DNA from: Paraspadella gotoi
Lineage: Eukaryota; Animalia; Chaetognatha
Assembly (NCBI GenBank): GCA_051294375.1
Contig: JBJCIZ010001242.1
Span: 1-14,009 of the forward strand
DNA length: 14,009 nucleotides
Direction of reading: 5' to 3'
Part shown: positions 1 through 8,848 of the stretch, piece after piece
Layout: each line of letters begins with the position of its first letter
Numbering within the stretch: position 1 is the first letter of the stretch
The notes under the pieces: model-generated
What the model was told of the DNA's origin: nothing
The model's database searches: none
Seen by the model: only the letters and a program-made list of their open reading frames with translations
Position numbers and translations under genes: made by a program

Positions 1-1790
1 TCTTTGTTTTTTTAAATTGGTTTTATTTCTTTGCCTGCCGAAAAAAAATAAGAAACCTAACGATCTTTGGAAATATCGTCTGCCCGGGGCTTTATTTAAC
101 ACCGTTTCTTAATCATACCTCTTTACTTTTAGATTTCAGGTCGTGTAATAATCAGCTTGGGGTTTGTCTTAACTCTCATATTGTACAGTTTGTGAAAAGA
201 AAACCGTCTTGCCTGTTTTTTTTTAAGTTTTATATTTCTTTTTTTAAAAAATATCGGTAAATAATACGATTTATTTCTGTTATTTTTTTAAATGTTTTCA
301 TAATTACTTTTTTGAATCTCAAGTTAGTAAATAGTTTTCGTTTTTTTCTTGTGTATAGGGATGAAATATAAGGAAGAACGAATTTGTTTTTAAGTCTATT
401 TTGTGATCCGCCGTAGTTGAGAGAAAGTCTACATAAAATTAATAGGTCAGAACGAAAGAGAGAGAGAAGGAGACATATTATAAATAAGAAATGGAAATGG
501 TTTCGTTTGTTTGAATAGAAAAGATATTTAATTAACATGTCCTCTAACCGCAATTTTACAACCTGCGATGATGTATTGTGCTAAATAAGTGATACGGTTA
601 ACGTTCTTTATTGTCTTTTTTTCTTTGATCATAGGTCGTTTTCTCCTTGTTGTGAATATTTAAGGAAGTTATAATCTTTACTGCTCTTTTGTAGTCACAA
701 TTGGATAAGTTGGTGAAGAAAGAAAAGACTGCGTTTTATTTTCCTTGTGGTTTTTAAGAGAGTTGGGTTATCATTCTTGTATCTTCTGAGAGAATATCGT
801 CTGTCCGGACTTTAGTATGTTATAAACAGTTTTTATCCCTTATAATGACTGGGCTTTAGAAAAGATCTACGTATTATACACGATGTTTTGTGGACTCTTA
901 TATTTTCTTTTTACTAAATTGGAAAAAAGAGAAGCGTTGTTTGCCCAGTTTTTTTTTAAAGTCGTTTTTATTTTTTTTTACATTGAAAAAATGCGTGTTC
1001 TGATTAAATTGCTTTAAAGTTTCATCCACAAGTACTTTTAGCGAAAACAGTTCGTTTTCCAAATCGGTGTATTTAATCGAACCTGTGTTTATCTGATTTG
1101 AGAGTGAGAGAAAGCTCATAAATATTAAAAGAGAAAAAGAGGAGGAGAAGGAGACATAAAAATAAATGTAGAGGAAATTATGTTTTAGGTTTGGGGAAAT
1201 AAAAAAAGATATTATACTGTAACTGATCCACTCGACCGCTGCCAATTGTTTATTAGCAAACCTCGTATGAAATGTTAATAGTTGGCAAAGTATTTAACGT
1301 TTTTATTTCTTTTTTCTTTGAAAATAGGTCGTTTTCCGGGTGGTTTTAGAAAGGTTTTTTTATCTCTTTTTTAACTATTGGAAAATGCACGCCGTTTTTT
1401 CTTGTGTGTTTTTAAAAAAGTGTGTTTGTCTCTCTTTGGAAATATCGTCTGCGCTTGGAGTTGTACTACGTTTTTTTAATCACTTTTTTGCTTTAGAAAA
1501 GTTTCGTTTTTAATAATCAGTGTTTATTGTTTTATATTTTTTTTTTCAATATACATTGGAAACGCTCTTGGCCGGTTTTTTTAAAGTTTTATTTTTCTTT
1601 TTACATTTGGAAAAAGTCGGGGTTATTCTGTTCTGTTATTTTTAAAAAGTTTTCATCAATCTTATTTACCCTAGAGAAAAAAAGTTTTGTCTTTGTACTG
1701 AAGTTCTTTAACGTGCGTCTTTATATATTTTTGTTCACTTTATACTCTAAGCTACGAGATAGTTTCTGACGAATTTTCTTGGCCTATAAA
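1..1790. repeat. Degenerate T-rich tandem repeat, unit ~650-720 bp, ~2.5 copies (host flank)
   Basis: Motifs recur collinearly: AATATCGTCTG at 72, 793, 1441; ATAGGTCGTTTT at 631, 1324; GCTTTAGAAAAG at 853, 1490; a TGCC/TGGCC-GTTTTTT-AAGT block at ~210, ~942, ~1570. ORFs here are low-complexity F/L/K-rich. Confidence 0.75.
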
Positions 1791-1801
1791 ACACAGGGTT
1801 T

Positions 1802-2029
1802 TGTAATATCTATTGTAATATATTAAGGTAAACAAATACAAAATATATTCAAAAGAGAAACGTTTCCTTCGGAGCCCACGGCTAAAATACCACAGTTTAC
1901 AGGAAGAATCGGCGAAGTACAAATTGTTTACAATTAATCTCTTTTATTTACATTTACAACTGGCTGAGAGGAACAAAAGGAAAAATAAAGAACCGACATT
2001 TGATTCGGTTGCACCTCGATATTCTGACA
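1802..2029 (-). repeat. Candidate 3' LTR (~228 bp, TG...CA)
   Basis: Minus strand begins TGTCAGAATATC right after a purine tract. The other end reads TGTAATATC on + (imperfect terminal inverted repeat) close to where the tandem repeat stops. Minus-strand AATAAA at 1943-1948. No second copy in the window to confirm it. Confidence 0.5.
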
Positions 2030-2038
2030 TTCCCCCCT
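2030..2038 (-). promoter_or_regulatory. Candidate polypurine tract (PPT)
   Basis: Minus strand AGGGGGGAA directly followed by TGT, the usual PPT/LTR junction pattern. Confidence 0.6.
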
Positions 2039-2282
2039 AAAATATAATTAATAGAACTTATAATTAATTATTGAAACAAAACAAATGGAGGTTTAACAGA
2101 ACGTAAGATTAACTGTGGCCGAAAGACTATAGCAAACAGTAAAAGCGAGCAAAACAAAAGGCAATAGTAATATACGAAAAGGAATTCAACAATCAATTCA
2201 AATGTTTACTAATAACCAGGGCGACTACGCCTTTTATTGGAATCTAGGGCCGACCTCGAATATTGATCGGTCATTGGTTACA

Positions 2283-2290
2283 TATATAAA
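2283..2290 (+). promoter_or_regulatory. TATA box of antisense transcription unit
   Basis: TATATAAA with inverted CCAAT (ATTGG) copies upstream (~2236, ~2273). No ATG between it and CAAAATG|GTAAG at 2360-2371. Confidence 0.55.
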
Positions 2291-2363
2291 GAAAACAGAA
2301 AGATATCAATCAAATACCAATACGGATATCGAAAAAATCGCCGCCAAAATTACGGACGACAAA

Positions 2364-3506
2364 ATGGTAAGCTAAATTTTGGAATAAACACTCGCCATCG
2401 AACAGTCGAAACTACATATAACTAAGAATTTACTTAACTCTAAATTAAATATACCAGAATGTTTTCTTTAATAATTTTTATCGCCATCGCTGCTTCGATC
2501 GCCTCAGAGCCGCTGGACCCTGAAGGGGAGCTGAAACTCTTATGTAGTCACCCGCAATTTTCGAATTCGGGCCTATGTAAGGGCGAGGTGACCTCGACGG
2601 GAACGGCGGCCATTTTACCGCCTTCGACTGTTTCTCCCATCCGAACAAGGGTCGGCGATTCGGTCAAGGCCCACGCCTTGGGTTTCGTTGAGAAACTTTT
2701 CGTCTCTATTGGAAGCGCTGTAGGACTCTATATCTCAGCGGTTTTAGTTTTACGTTTTCGGGTAAAGATGTCCTGGGTAGAAGCCATCACCTTGGCGTTG
2801 GCGTCATGCCGCGGTTCGAACGCCAGGTGTGTCTGGAATATACACAGAGACTCTGACCCTGGAGACGATATTGAGATGCGCTCCGTAAAAGTCAGCTATG
2901 TTTAAAAATTTTTAATTAAAAATAAATTTCACGACGGAGCTCAAGATGTGTTTTATTTGTATTTTAATAATTTTTAGGTTAATTTTAAAATTTATTTTAA
3001 ATTAGTATATTTTATTCAGGCGCCAGCCCACATCGAATTACTCACCAAGCTGGGATGGACGGTCGGACATCGTTGTCTCATAGAGGTTAATCAGCACGGA
3101 GCACTCGGCACATGCCAAACGGATCAGCGATGGATCTACTTAATCATCATCACATCGCTATCACTCGCCATGGCGCTTCTCGCCATTCGATGGGTCATTC
3201 GCAAATTCCAATATTGCGGTAAGCATGAAACAACACAACATAATATGAAACACAGAACACAAAATAAATGTTTGATATATATTTTGTCAAAATAATCAAT
3301 TACCTCATCAATTGATATAATTATTCATCTCCCCTTTTTTCTTTTTTTTTACAGTTCTTACGATGAGCTCATCTTTCTGCCTACGAGCAATCTGCTGCTG
3401 TTTACGGACAGAGGCAGCAGCCTCCGTCACTCCCGTTGCCAATCAATCGAAAACTTCGGCAGTCACCACGCCGAAAACGTCAAATTCCGTCATCGAGATC
3501 CCTTAA
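2364..3506 (+). CDS. Spliced 117-aa single-pass small membrane protein (exons 2364-2366, 3020-3218, 3355-3506), FAST-like architecture
   Basis: ATG|GTAAGC donor (2367), TTTTATTCAG| acceptor (3019), G|GTAAGC donor (3219), 23-nt pyrimidine tract + ACAG| acceptor (3354). Joined exons are 354 nt and open to TAA: MAPAHIELLTKLGWTVGHRCLIEVNQHGALGTCQTDQRWIYLIIITSLSLAMALLAIRWVIRKFQYCVLTMSSSFCLRAICCCLRTEAAASVTPVANQSKTSAVTTPKTSNSVIEIP. Exons are more GC-rich than the intron flanks. ATTAAA at 3520. Confidence 0.7.
2459..2905 (+). CDS. 148-aa predicted type I membrane protein of unknown function
   Basis: ATG start, signal-peptide-like MFSLIIFIAIAASIA, C29-x10-C40, TM LFVSIGSAVGLYISAVLVL, basic RFRVK, C-terminal SYV. 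GC-rich island in AT-rich DNA, followed by AATAAA. Confidence 0.7.
   Translation: MFSLIIFIAIAASIASEPLDPEGELKLLCSHPQFSNSGLCKGEVTSTGTAAILPPSTVSPIRTRVGDSVKAHALGFVEKLFVSIGSAVGLYISAVLVLRFRVKMSWVEAITLALASCRGSNARCVWNIHRDSDPGDDIEMRSVKVSYV
2921..2960 (+). terminator. Polyadenylation signal for the 148-aa ORF
   Basis: AATAAA at 2921-2926, 15 nt after the stop, followed by GT/T-rich GATGTGTTTTATTTGT at 2945-2960. Confidence 0.5.
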
Positions 3507-3636
3507 AGGAAACCATCTGATTAAAGCCATCGAATTTATTTTCTAAGTAAATAATTATTTTAATAGCATTAATTCTAACAATATTGATCATCCTAGTCGA
3601 ATATACACATTCTTAAATGGCTCCATCTCCACCAAG

Positions 3637-4254
3637 TCATTCCTTGACGAAGGTGACAGTCTTTTCTCTACCCATCACAGTAACGGTCCTAGTCGAGAAG
3701 TCAGACGTCTCCAACGACTCGAATAGCCAGTTAAGAATAGTTCGCACGAGATCAGTGCCACCGGGGTTCAGATGGATCGCATCACGATCATACAGCGGCG
3801 CGCATATACTATACCCAAGTGCTCTTGGTAGTGTGAGACATCCGTGACGAACATGTATATGTAATGGGTGAACCGGACGTATCGATTTGTCGATAAGAAA
3901 TGACGCATCGACAAAACTACCTCTATCAACCGTTAGCCGGGGAATAAGGGACATTGTAACAATGTGTACATTAGGATATAGGCTCCCGGCCAAAGAGACC
4001 AATTTCCGAAATTCGACTAAAAAAGATTCAACGGATAAATCTTTATCCAGATCATTTCCTCCTCCCATAATAACAATCGCCGAGAATTCACGAGTATTTC
4101 TACGCAGAATCTCGGTAAAGTGGCGGAAACGCCCGCCCGTGACGGACGTGGTGGTTACATCAGGGAGCTTCCCTTGCAAACGCCGTACATGGGAGTCGCC
4201 AAGGATCCAGTAGCCTTTTGTCACTCCTAAATGGGTCGAGACCATTTTCCCCAT
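3637..4254 (-). CDS. SGNH/GDSL hydrolase (esterase/lipase) ORF3
   Basis: Block I ILGDSH, block II GG, block III MGGGND, block V DAIH, so S, G, N, D and H are all present. First ATG at 4254 (second at 4245 in AAAATGG context). The TTG start at 4296 in the ORF track lies in a pyrimidine tract. Confidence 0.88.
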   Translation of the reverse strand: MGKMVSTHLGVTKGYWILGDSHVRRLQGKLPDVTTTSVTGGRFRHFTEILRRNTREFSAIVIMGGGNDLDKDLSVESFLVEFRKLVSLAGSLYPNVHIVTMSLIPRLTVDRGSFVDASFLIDKSIRPVHPLHIHVRHGCLTLPRALGYSICAPLYDRDAIHLNPGGTDLVRTILNWLFESLETSDFSTRTVTVMGREKTVTFVKE

Positions 4255-4268
4255 CAACCGGTAGTAAT

Positions 4269-4302
4269 CTGATAAGGAAAGGAAAACAAAAGGCAAATTA
4301 AT
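4269..4302 (-). promoter_or_regulatory. 3' splice acceptor for ORF3 subgenomic mRNA
   Basis: Minus strand CATTAAT-TTGCCTTTTGTTTTCCTTTCCTTATCAG|A: branch-like TTAAT overlapping the pol stop, long pyrimidine tract, CAG. Exon begins at 4268. Confidence 0.7.
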
Positions 4303-7300
4303 GACGGTTTATCTTCTTTATTACTTCTCTCGCTTGATCTATGTCAAGATGTGAACGTATTAATTGACACACTGGCAACAATAAAATTTCATTGTTAACG
4401 ATGTTTTTGACTCTATATATTCCAGTCCCTACTCTCTCCAAAACAAGAAACGCGGTCACAACCTTGGCCTGCAATTTCTTGTTCATGTTCAGAGCAAAAG
4501 ACATGCGTTTCCGAAACACAATTTCATCCTTCTTTAAAGCTTCTTTATTATCAGAAGGATTCGAATAGGTTTTATACGAAATTAAATTTGCATAAGCTGC
4601 TAACCTAATCTCACGATGCATCTTTAGCAGCTGTTCGAATTCATCTTCAACCGGTCCTCTCCCTTCAAACACATCGAGAAGGGGAGTTAAACATTTCATC
4701 GGATGACGCCGAGTAACTTGAAACGGACTTCGACCGCCAAGGGAGATAGAGGGCGTCATATTAATTTGGAATTCCACCTTTTTCAACACCTTAGCCCAGT
4801 TTTGTAAAGTAGGTTCATTCTCCAGCATTTTTAATATACGAATTAGGCAGATTTGATTTAAACGTTCTGAATATGCCTGATGTTTACTAGTATAATTACT
4901 TTGTCTTACTTTTACTCCTAGAGCATCGAGAATTTTTCGATCGATCCTTTTCTGAGTAACACATTTCCCATCAACAACCACACAGTCCCACAAACCGTGT
5001 GATTCGAACAACTTAAGGAAAACTTTGGCTACTTCCTCGGCGGAAGCACTCCGAGTGGGAAACAGAAAACATTCTCTCGAAAAGTGATCGCGCATGCTCA
5101 AAATATAACTGGCGTTGGAGACGCCCGCTCCTGAAGATCTCGGGAGTGGGCCCAAAAGATCACAGGAGAGCATCTGGCGAGGGCCCGCAGGGAGCATGCT
5201 AGAGGGCACCTCCTTAACCGTTTGTTTAATATTATAACTTATACAGACATGACAGGTTTTCAGTTTTTCCTTAACCAGCCTATTCATACCTGGGGTGTAA
5301 TATTTCTGGGCAATTAATTTAAACGTAGTCTGAGCTGAACAATGCCCATAGCTTTCATGCGTTTCCCAGAGAACTTCAAACAGGAAATCTTTATCGATCA
5401 AAACCAGAAAATCAGGAGAATCGCTTTCTCTCACGAAAATTCTGTAAATTATTCCTTGTTCATTCATCTTAAATAGAGAAATATGCCTTAGCACAGTAAG
5501 GTCCAACGAATCTAGTAACAGACATTCATTCTTGTCTGGCGTAGTAGATGGATCAGAGATCCATAACTTCCACTTAACAATGGAAGGGGATTCAGCTTGC
5601 AATACTTTTATCTTTGTAAGAAACGGGTCCCGGAGTTCAGGTAACTGGATATCCTCATATTCATCTGTAATTTCTAAAACCTTTGTCCCGCTGAGGATCT
5701 CCTCAGAAGACGAAATGAGCGCTTTCTCTTTATCATCATGCGCATTAGAAAATTTTTGATTGGGAGGATTTTTATAAAAATGCAAATGCAGTAAATCACA
5801 ACAGCAAGTGCAGTGAGAATCACCTGTGCGGTCATATAACACACAGGTACAGGAGACGCATTTTGAGCGTATATTTGGACCTTTCATTTTGAGTCGAGTT
5901 TTACGTCTAGCTAGACGCCCGATTTTAACATCACCACCGGGTAGGTTAGATTCGGCATACAACCCAGAGGGTTGGTCCGCCCTGGACACTCGCCCAGTGG
6001 TAGCCTCAGTCGTAGACACCCCCAAACTAGATTCTGAACTTTCCAAACTTATATCTACATTTTTAAGTTTTGCCAAGGGGCCCTTTTTACCCGCCTCAAA
6101 ATACCTATTCATGACTTTCCTCTTGTCACTAGAGAAAAGACTTGAAAGTGGGACAATACCACCATGAGAGTTATATATGACTAAGTTACAAAATACATTC
6201 CCAGCAGTGGGTGCATCATCAGACACCTCATCTCTGGGCAACTGTCTCGTTAGCTGATCCGCAGCATTTAAAAACGAAGGAATAAAACGGACTGTTATAT
6301 CAAAATCTTGTATATATGTCATGGCTCTAGCGACTCGCTCACTACAAATATCCATACTGACCCAGTAGGATACTACTCTACTGTCCACAAAAACGTGTAC
6401 TGGACAACCAATTAAGTAGTGGCGGAAATGCCGTAAACTTTCTGACAAAGAAAACAATTCTTTCAGATAAATCGGCAGTAATGTGTCGCTAGGCGTAAAT
6501 GTTTTGGAGAAATACTGTAACAAGTACATCCTCTTCACGTCAGGTGGCGCTCCAGCAAGAATCTCATGCTCAGAGGGCAACTGCAATTGGCAAAGCACTG
6601 AGCCGAGAGCATCCTTGCTAGCATCCGTGAACAAAACATAGTCGTCCCCTTCTATAGGGGCACGCAATACTCCGGTCTTACTGTCCAAGAGTATATCAAT
6701 GCAACGATGGAACGCCTTTTCCTCTACATCACCCCATTTGAAGCGAACTGAAGCTTTCGCCATTTTCCTCAGAGGAGCTGCTGCTTCGGTCAGGTTCACC
6801 TTATGGCTGTACCAAGCAAACTTACCAAGCAAACTCTTCAAACCAGCTTTGTCGGTGGGCGGCTTAAGATTACGCAATGAAGTAGTTTTGTGAGCAGGAA
6901 CGCGGTGAATGGTTTTATAAGAAACCGCATAACCCAAAATCGTTTGCTGTGAGAGAGCAAGAGAAACTTTCGCAGGATTAAATTTCATGTTAAAGTGGCT
7001 CATAGTAGCATAGAATTCTTCTATGTCATCCAAGTGGGACTCGTGATCCATTGAGGCGACAGCATAATCGTCAATGAAAACAAAGCAAAAAGGCATCTTT
7101 TTGCAAATGAAATTTGACACCTTTTGGGCATCCTGAGGTGCAGATTTCAGTCCCATTGCATAACCACAGAAGACAAAGATCTTAGACTGTGCATAAAATG
7201 CACCAATGTCTTGTGAATCCTTGTGTATCGGGAGCTGCCAGAAATAATTGGAACTATCGAGGCACGATATGACCTTATATTTCGACACTTTGTCAAGTAA

Positions 7301-8848
7301 CTCATCCATGAGCACCATGCGATAAGCACGAGACTCAATGAGCTTGTTCTGGGACCGATAATCAATAGTGAGCCTATTTTTGAGTTTGGTCTCACCAGTA
7401 ATCGGGTTAGTAATATGACTACTGACAATGTGCGGATTCGCAATGTATCGGGAATCAGTTACCTCGCGTATTATTTCTCCCTTAAGGAGCATCTTAACAT
7501 AGTTCTCCAAGATCTCCGCTTTGGCTGGGGACATCCGGCGGTACCTGTCGATAGTAGGGGGTGGATCCTTTATCAAAGGGATTTTAATAGGAGGTATACG
7601 TACTTTCTCCTTCATTTGGCGCCAACGGCCAGTCCAAAATATCCCCCGATAATCCCAACACAAATCTTGATGTTTTTTCAAAATTTCCTCAGCCTTAAGG
7701 GGCTCAGACTCCTTAAGTTCTTTCCTTAGATCCTCCCATTTAAACTCCGCCAGGAACTTCTCCTTATCGGGCCACCATTCATCCTCCTTCACATCCCTGT
7801 TTCTCTCTTTTTCTCTCTTTCTGTCGATCGTAAAATCAAAGTCCAATTCGCCACTCTCACTCTCTCCCTTCCTCTCAGGAGGAGTGAATTTCATCCCTCG
7901 CTCCAAAACTTCATCCGTCTGATGAGCATCCAGCTTCGAACCCGGAGGAAGGGAAAAAACATCGACAGGATCATCGGAGCGAGACGAACAAACATCCGAA
8001 TGGTGAGAATCATCCCGTACTCTAAAAAATTTAGTCACATCACAATCTTCATCATCGTTTTCAAAAACAACATCACCGAGAGATTGATTAACCCTAATAG
8101 ATCTATCATATTTATTCGTATTAGCAATCAAAACATAATAATTTTTTACCTTCTCTTCAAAATGAACCCCATTAACAATAATGCCATCATATGGGTCAAC
8201 AGGGATAAGCGCATGTTTAGTATTCGGGAAAACATATGACGATAGACGAACAGGAACAGGAGTAAGTGATTTCGCTTTCAATATAACGGGTAACGGGGAA
8301 TAAAAATAAATGGGTTCCTGATCGACAGAAATATTCATGTCGGCATGAGAGATTCGATCACGAACGTCAATTTTATCATACAATTGGACACGTTCGTCAA
8401 AAATATGCAATAAATTATTACTATAATCAATCATACATTTATTTTCTCTTAACCCTAACACATCGCTACCCAATAACATAGGAAAATCACCATTTACAAT
8501 GTGAACAAAAACAGACAAAATAACATTAGAAATGCGAACTTTCACAATAGCATAATATTTACATGTGACCTTACCTCCGATTCCGTTCAAAACTCTAGGT
8601 CTAGCAAAAGATTTAATATTTTTAATATTTAAACGTTTAGCTTCAGAAGCGGGCATCAATGTCCTATCACTGCCCGTGTCGATTTCAAAATAAGACGGAA
8701 AGAAATTTCCGTGAACAGAATCTTCAGAAATATCACATCTCAAAAATAAACTTTTAGCTTTACCTTGATCGAGATTAACATTTTCCCGTTCCTCTATTTC
8801 ATCTACTAAAGTCCCTTTAATGGACTTCGCTGCCTCTAGGCAGCTCAT
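4298..8848 (-). CDS. pol: Pol polyprotein (aspartic protease, RT, RNase H, DDE integrase), 1516 aa
   Basis: PR IDTGS (8672-8680) and LLGSD; RT FIDD (7067-7078); RNase H FTDAS (6617-6628), YFSK, KEL, VFVDS, NAADQLTR; integrase HHCC (5243-5359), core D (CDLLGP), D (VVDG), E (YSER) spaced D-34-E. No stops or frameshifts. Confidence 0.96.
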   Translation of the reverse strand: MSCLEAAKSIKGTLVDEIEERENVNLDQGKAKSLFLRCDISEDSVHGNFFPSYFEIDTGSDRTLMPASEAKRLNIKNIKSFARPRVLNGIGGKVTCKYYAIVKVRISNVILSVFVHIVNGDFPMLLGSDVLGLRENKCMIDYSNNLLHIFDERVQLYDKIDVRDRISHADMNISVDQEPIYFYSPLPVILKAKSLTPVPVRLSSYVFPNTKHALIPVDPYDGIIVNGVHFEEKVKNYYVLIANTNKYDRSIRVNQSLGDVVFENDDEDCDVTKFFRVRDDSHHSDVCSSRSDDPVDVFSLPPGSKLDAHQTDEVLERGMKFTPPERKGESESGELDFDFTIDRKREKERNRDVKEDEWWPDKEKFLAEFKWEDLRKELKESEPLKAEEILKKHQDLCWDYRGIFWTGRWRQMKEKVRIPPIKIPLIKDPPPTIDRYRRMSPAKAEILENYVKMLLKGEIIREVTDSRYIANPHIVSSHITNPITGETKLKNRLTIDYRSQNKLIESRAYRMVLMDELLDKVSKYKVISCLDSSNYFWQLPIHKDSQDIGAFYAQSKIFVFCGYAMGLKSAPQDAQKVSNFICKKMPFCFVFIDDYAVASMDHESHLDDIEEFYATMSHFNMKFNPAKVSLALSQQTILGYAVSYKTIHRVPAHKTTSLRNLKPPTDKAGLKSLLGKFAWYSHKVNLTEAAAPLRKMAKASVRFKWGDVEEKAFHRCIDILLDSKTGVLRAPIEGDDYVLFTDASKDALGSVLCQLQLPSEHEILAGAPPDVKRMYLLQYFSKTFTPSDTLLPIYLKELFSLSESLRHFRHYLIGCPVHVFVDSRVVSYWVSMDICSERVARAMTYIQDFDITVRFIPSFLNAADQLTRQLPRDEVSDDAPTAGNVFCNLVIYNSHGGIVPLSSLFSSDKRKVMNRYFEAGKKGPLAKLKNVDISLESSESSLGVSTTEATTGRVSRADQPSGLYAESNLPGGDVKIGRLARRKTRLKMKGPNIRSKCVSCTCVLYDRTGDSHCTCCCDLLHLHFYKNPPNQKFSNAHDDKEKALISSSEEILSGTKVLEITDEYEDIQLPELRDPFLTKIKVLQAESPSIVKWKLWISDPSTTPDKNECLLLDSLDLTVLRHISLFKMNEQGIIYRIFVRESDSPDFLVLIDKDFLFEVLWETHESYGHCSAQTTFKLIAQKYYTPGMNRLVKEKLKTCHVCISYNIKQTVKEVPSSMLPAGPRQMLSCDLLGPLPRSSGAGVSNASYILSMRDHFSRECFLFPTRSASAEEVAKVFLKLFESHGLWDCVVVDGKCVTQKRIDRKILDALGVKVRQSNYTSKHQAYSERLNQICLIRILKMLENEPTLQNWAKVLKKVEFQINMTPSISLGGRSPFQVTRRHPMKCLTPLLDVFEGRGPVEDEFEQLLKMHREIRLAAYANLISYKTYSNPSDNKEALKKDEIVFRKRMSFALNMNKKLQAKVVTAFLVLERVGTGIYRVKNIVNNEILLLPVCQLIRSHLDIDQAREVIKKINRH

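Noticed and set aside
230-1769. ORFs 230-553(-), 898-1245(-), 1527-1769(+)
   Set aside because: F/L/K-biased translations of AT-rich tandem repeat, mostly with non-ATG starts; frames are not preserved between repeat units.
2813-2821. GGTTCGAAC B-box/tRNA T-loop-like motif (also on the minus strand near 11935-11943)
   Set aside because: No cloverleaf or A-box context, and it lies inside apparent coding sequence.
4255-4296. Hydrophobic N-terminus MPFVFLSLS of the 219-aa ORF as a signal peptide
   Set aside because: Starts at TTG and is better explained as the intronic pyrimidine tract of the splice acceptor.
4298-4500. Chromodomain or canonical GPY/F at the integrase C-terminus
   Set aside because: The GPF position reads VTAF and the ORF ends shortly after, with no chromodomain pattern.
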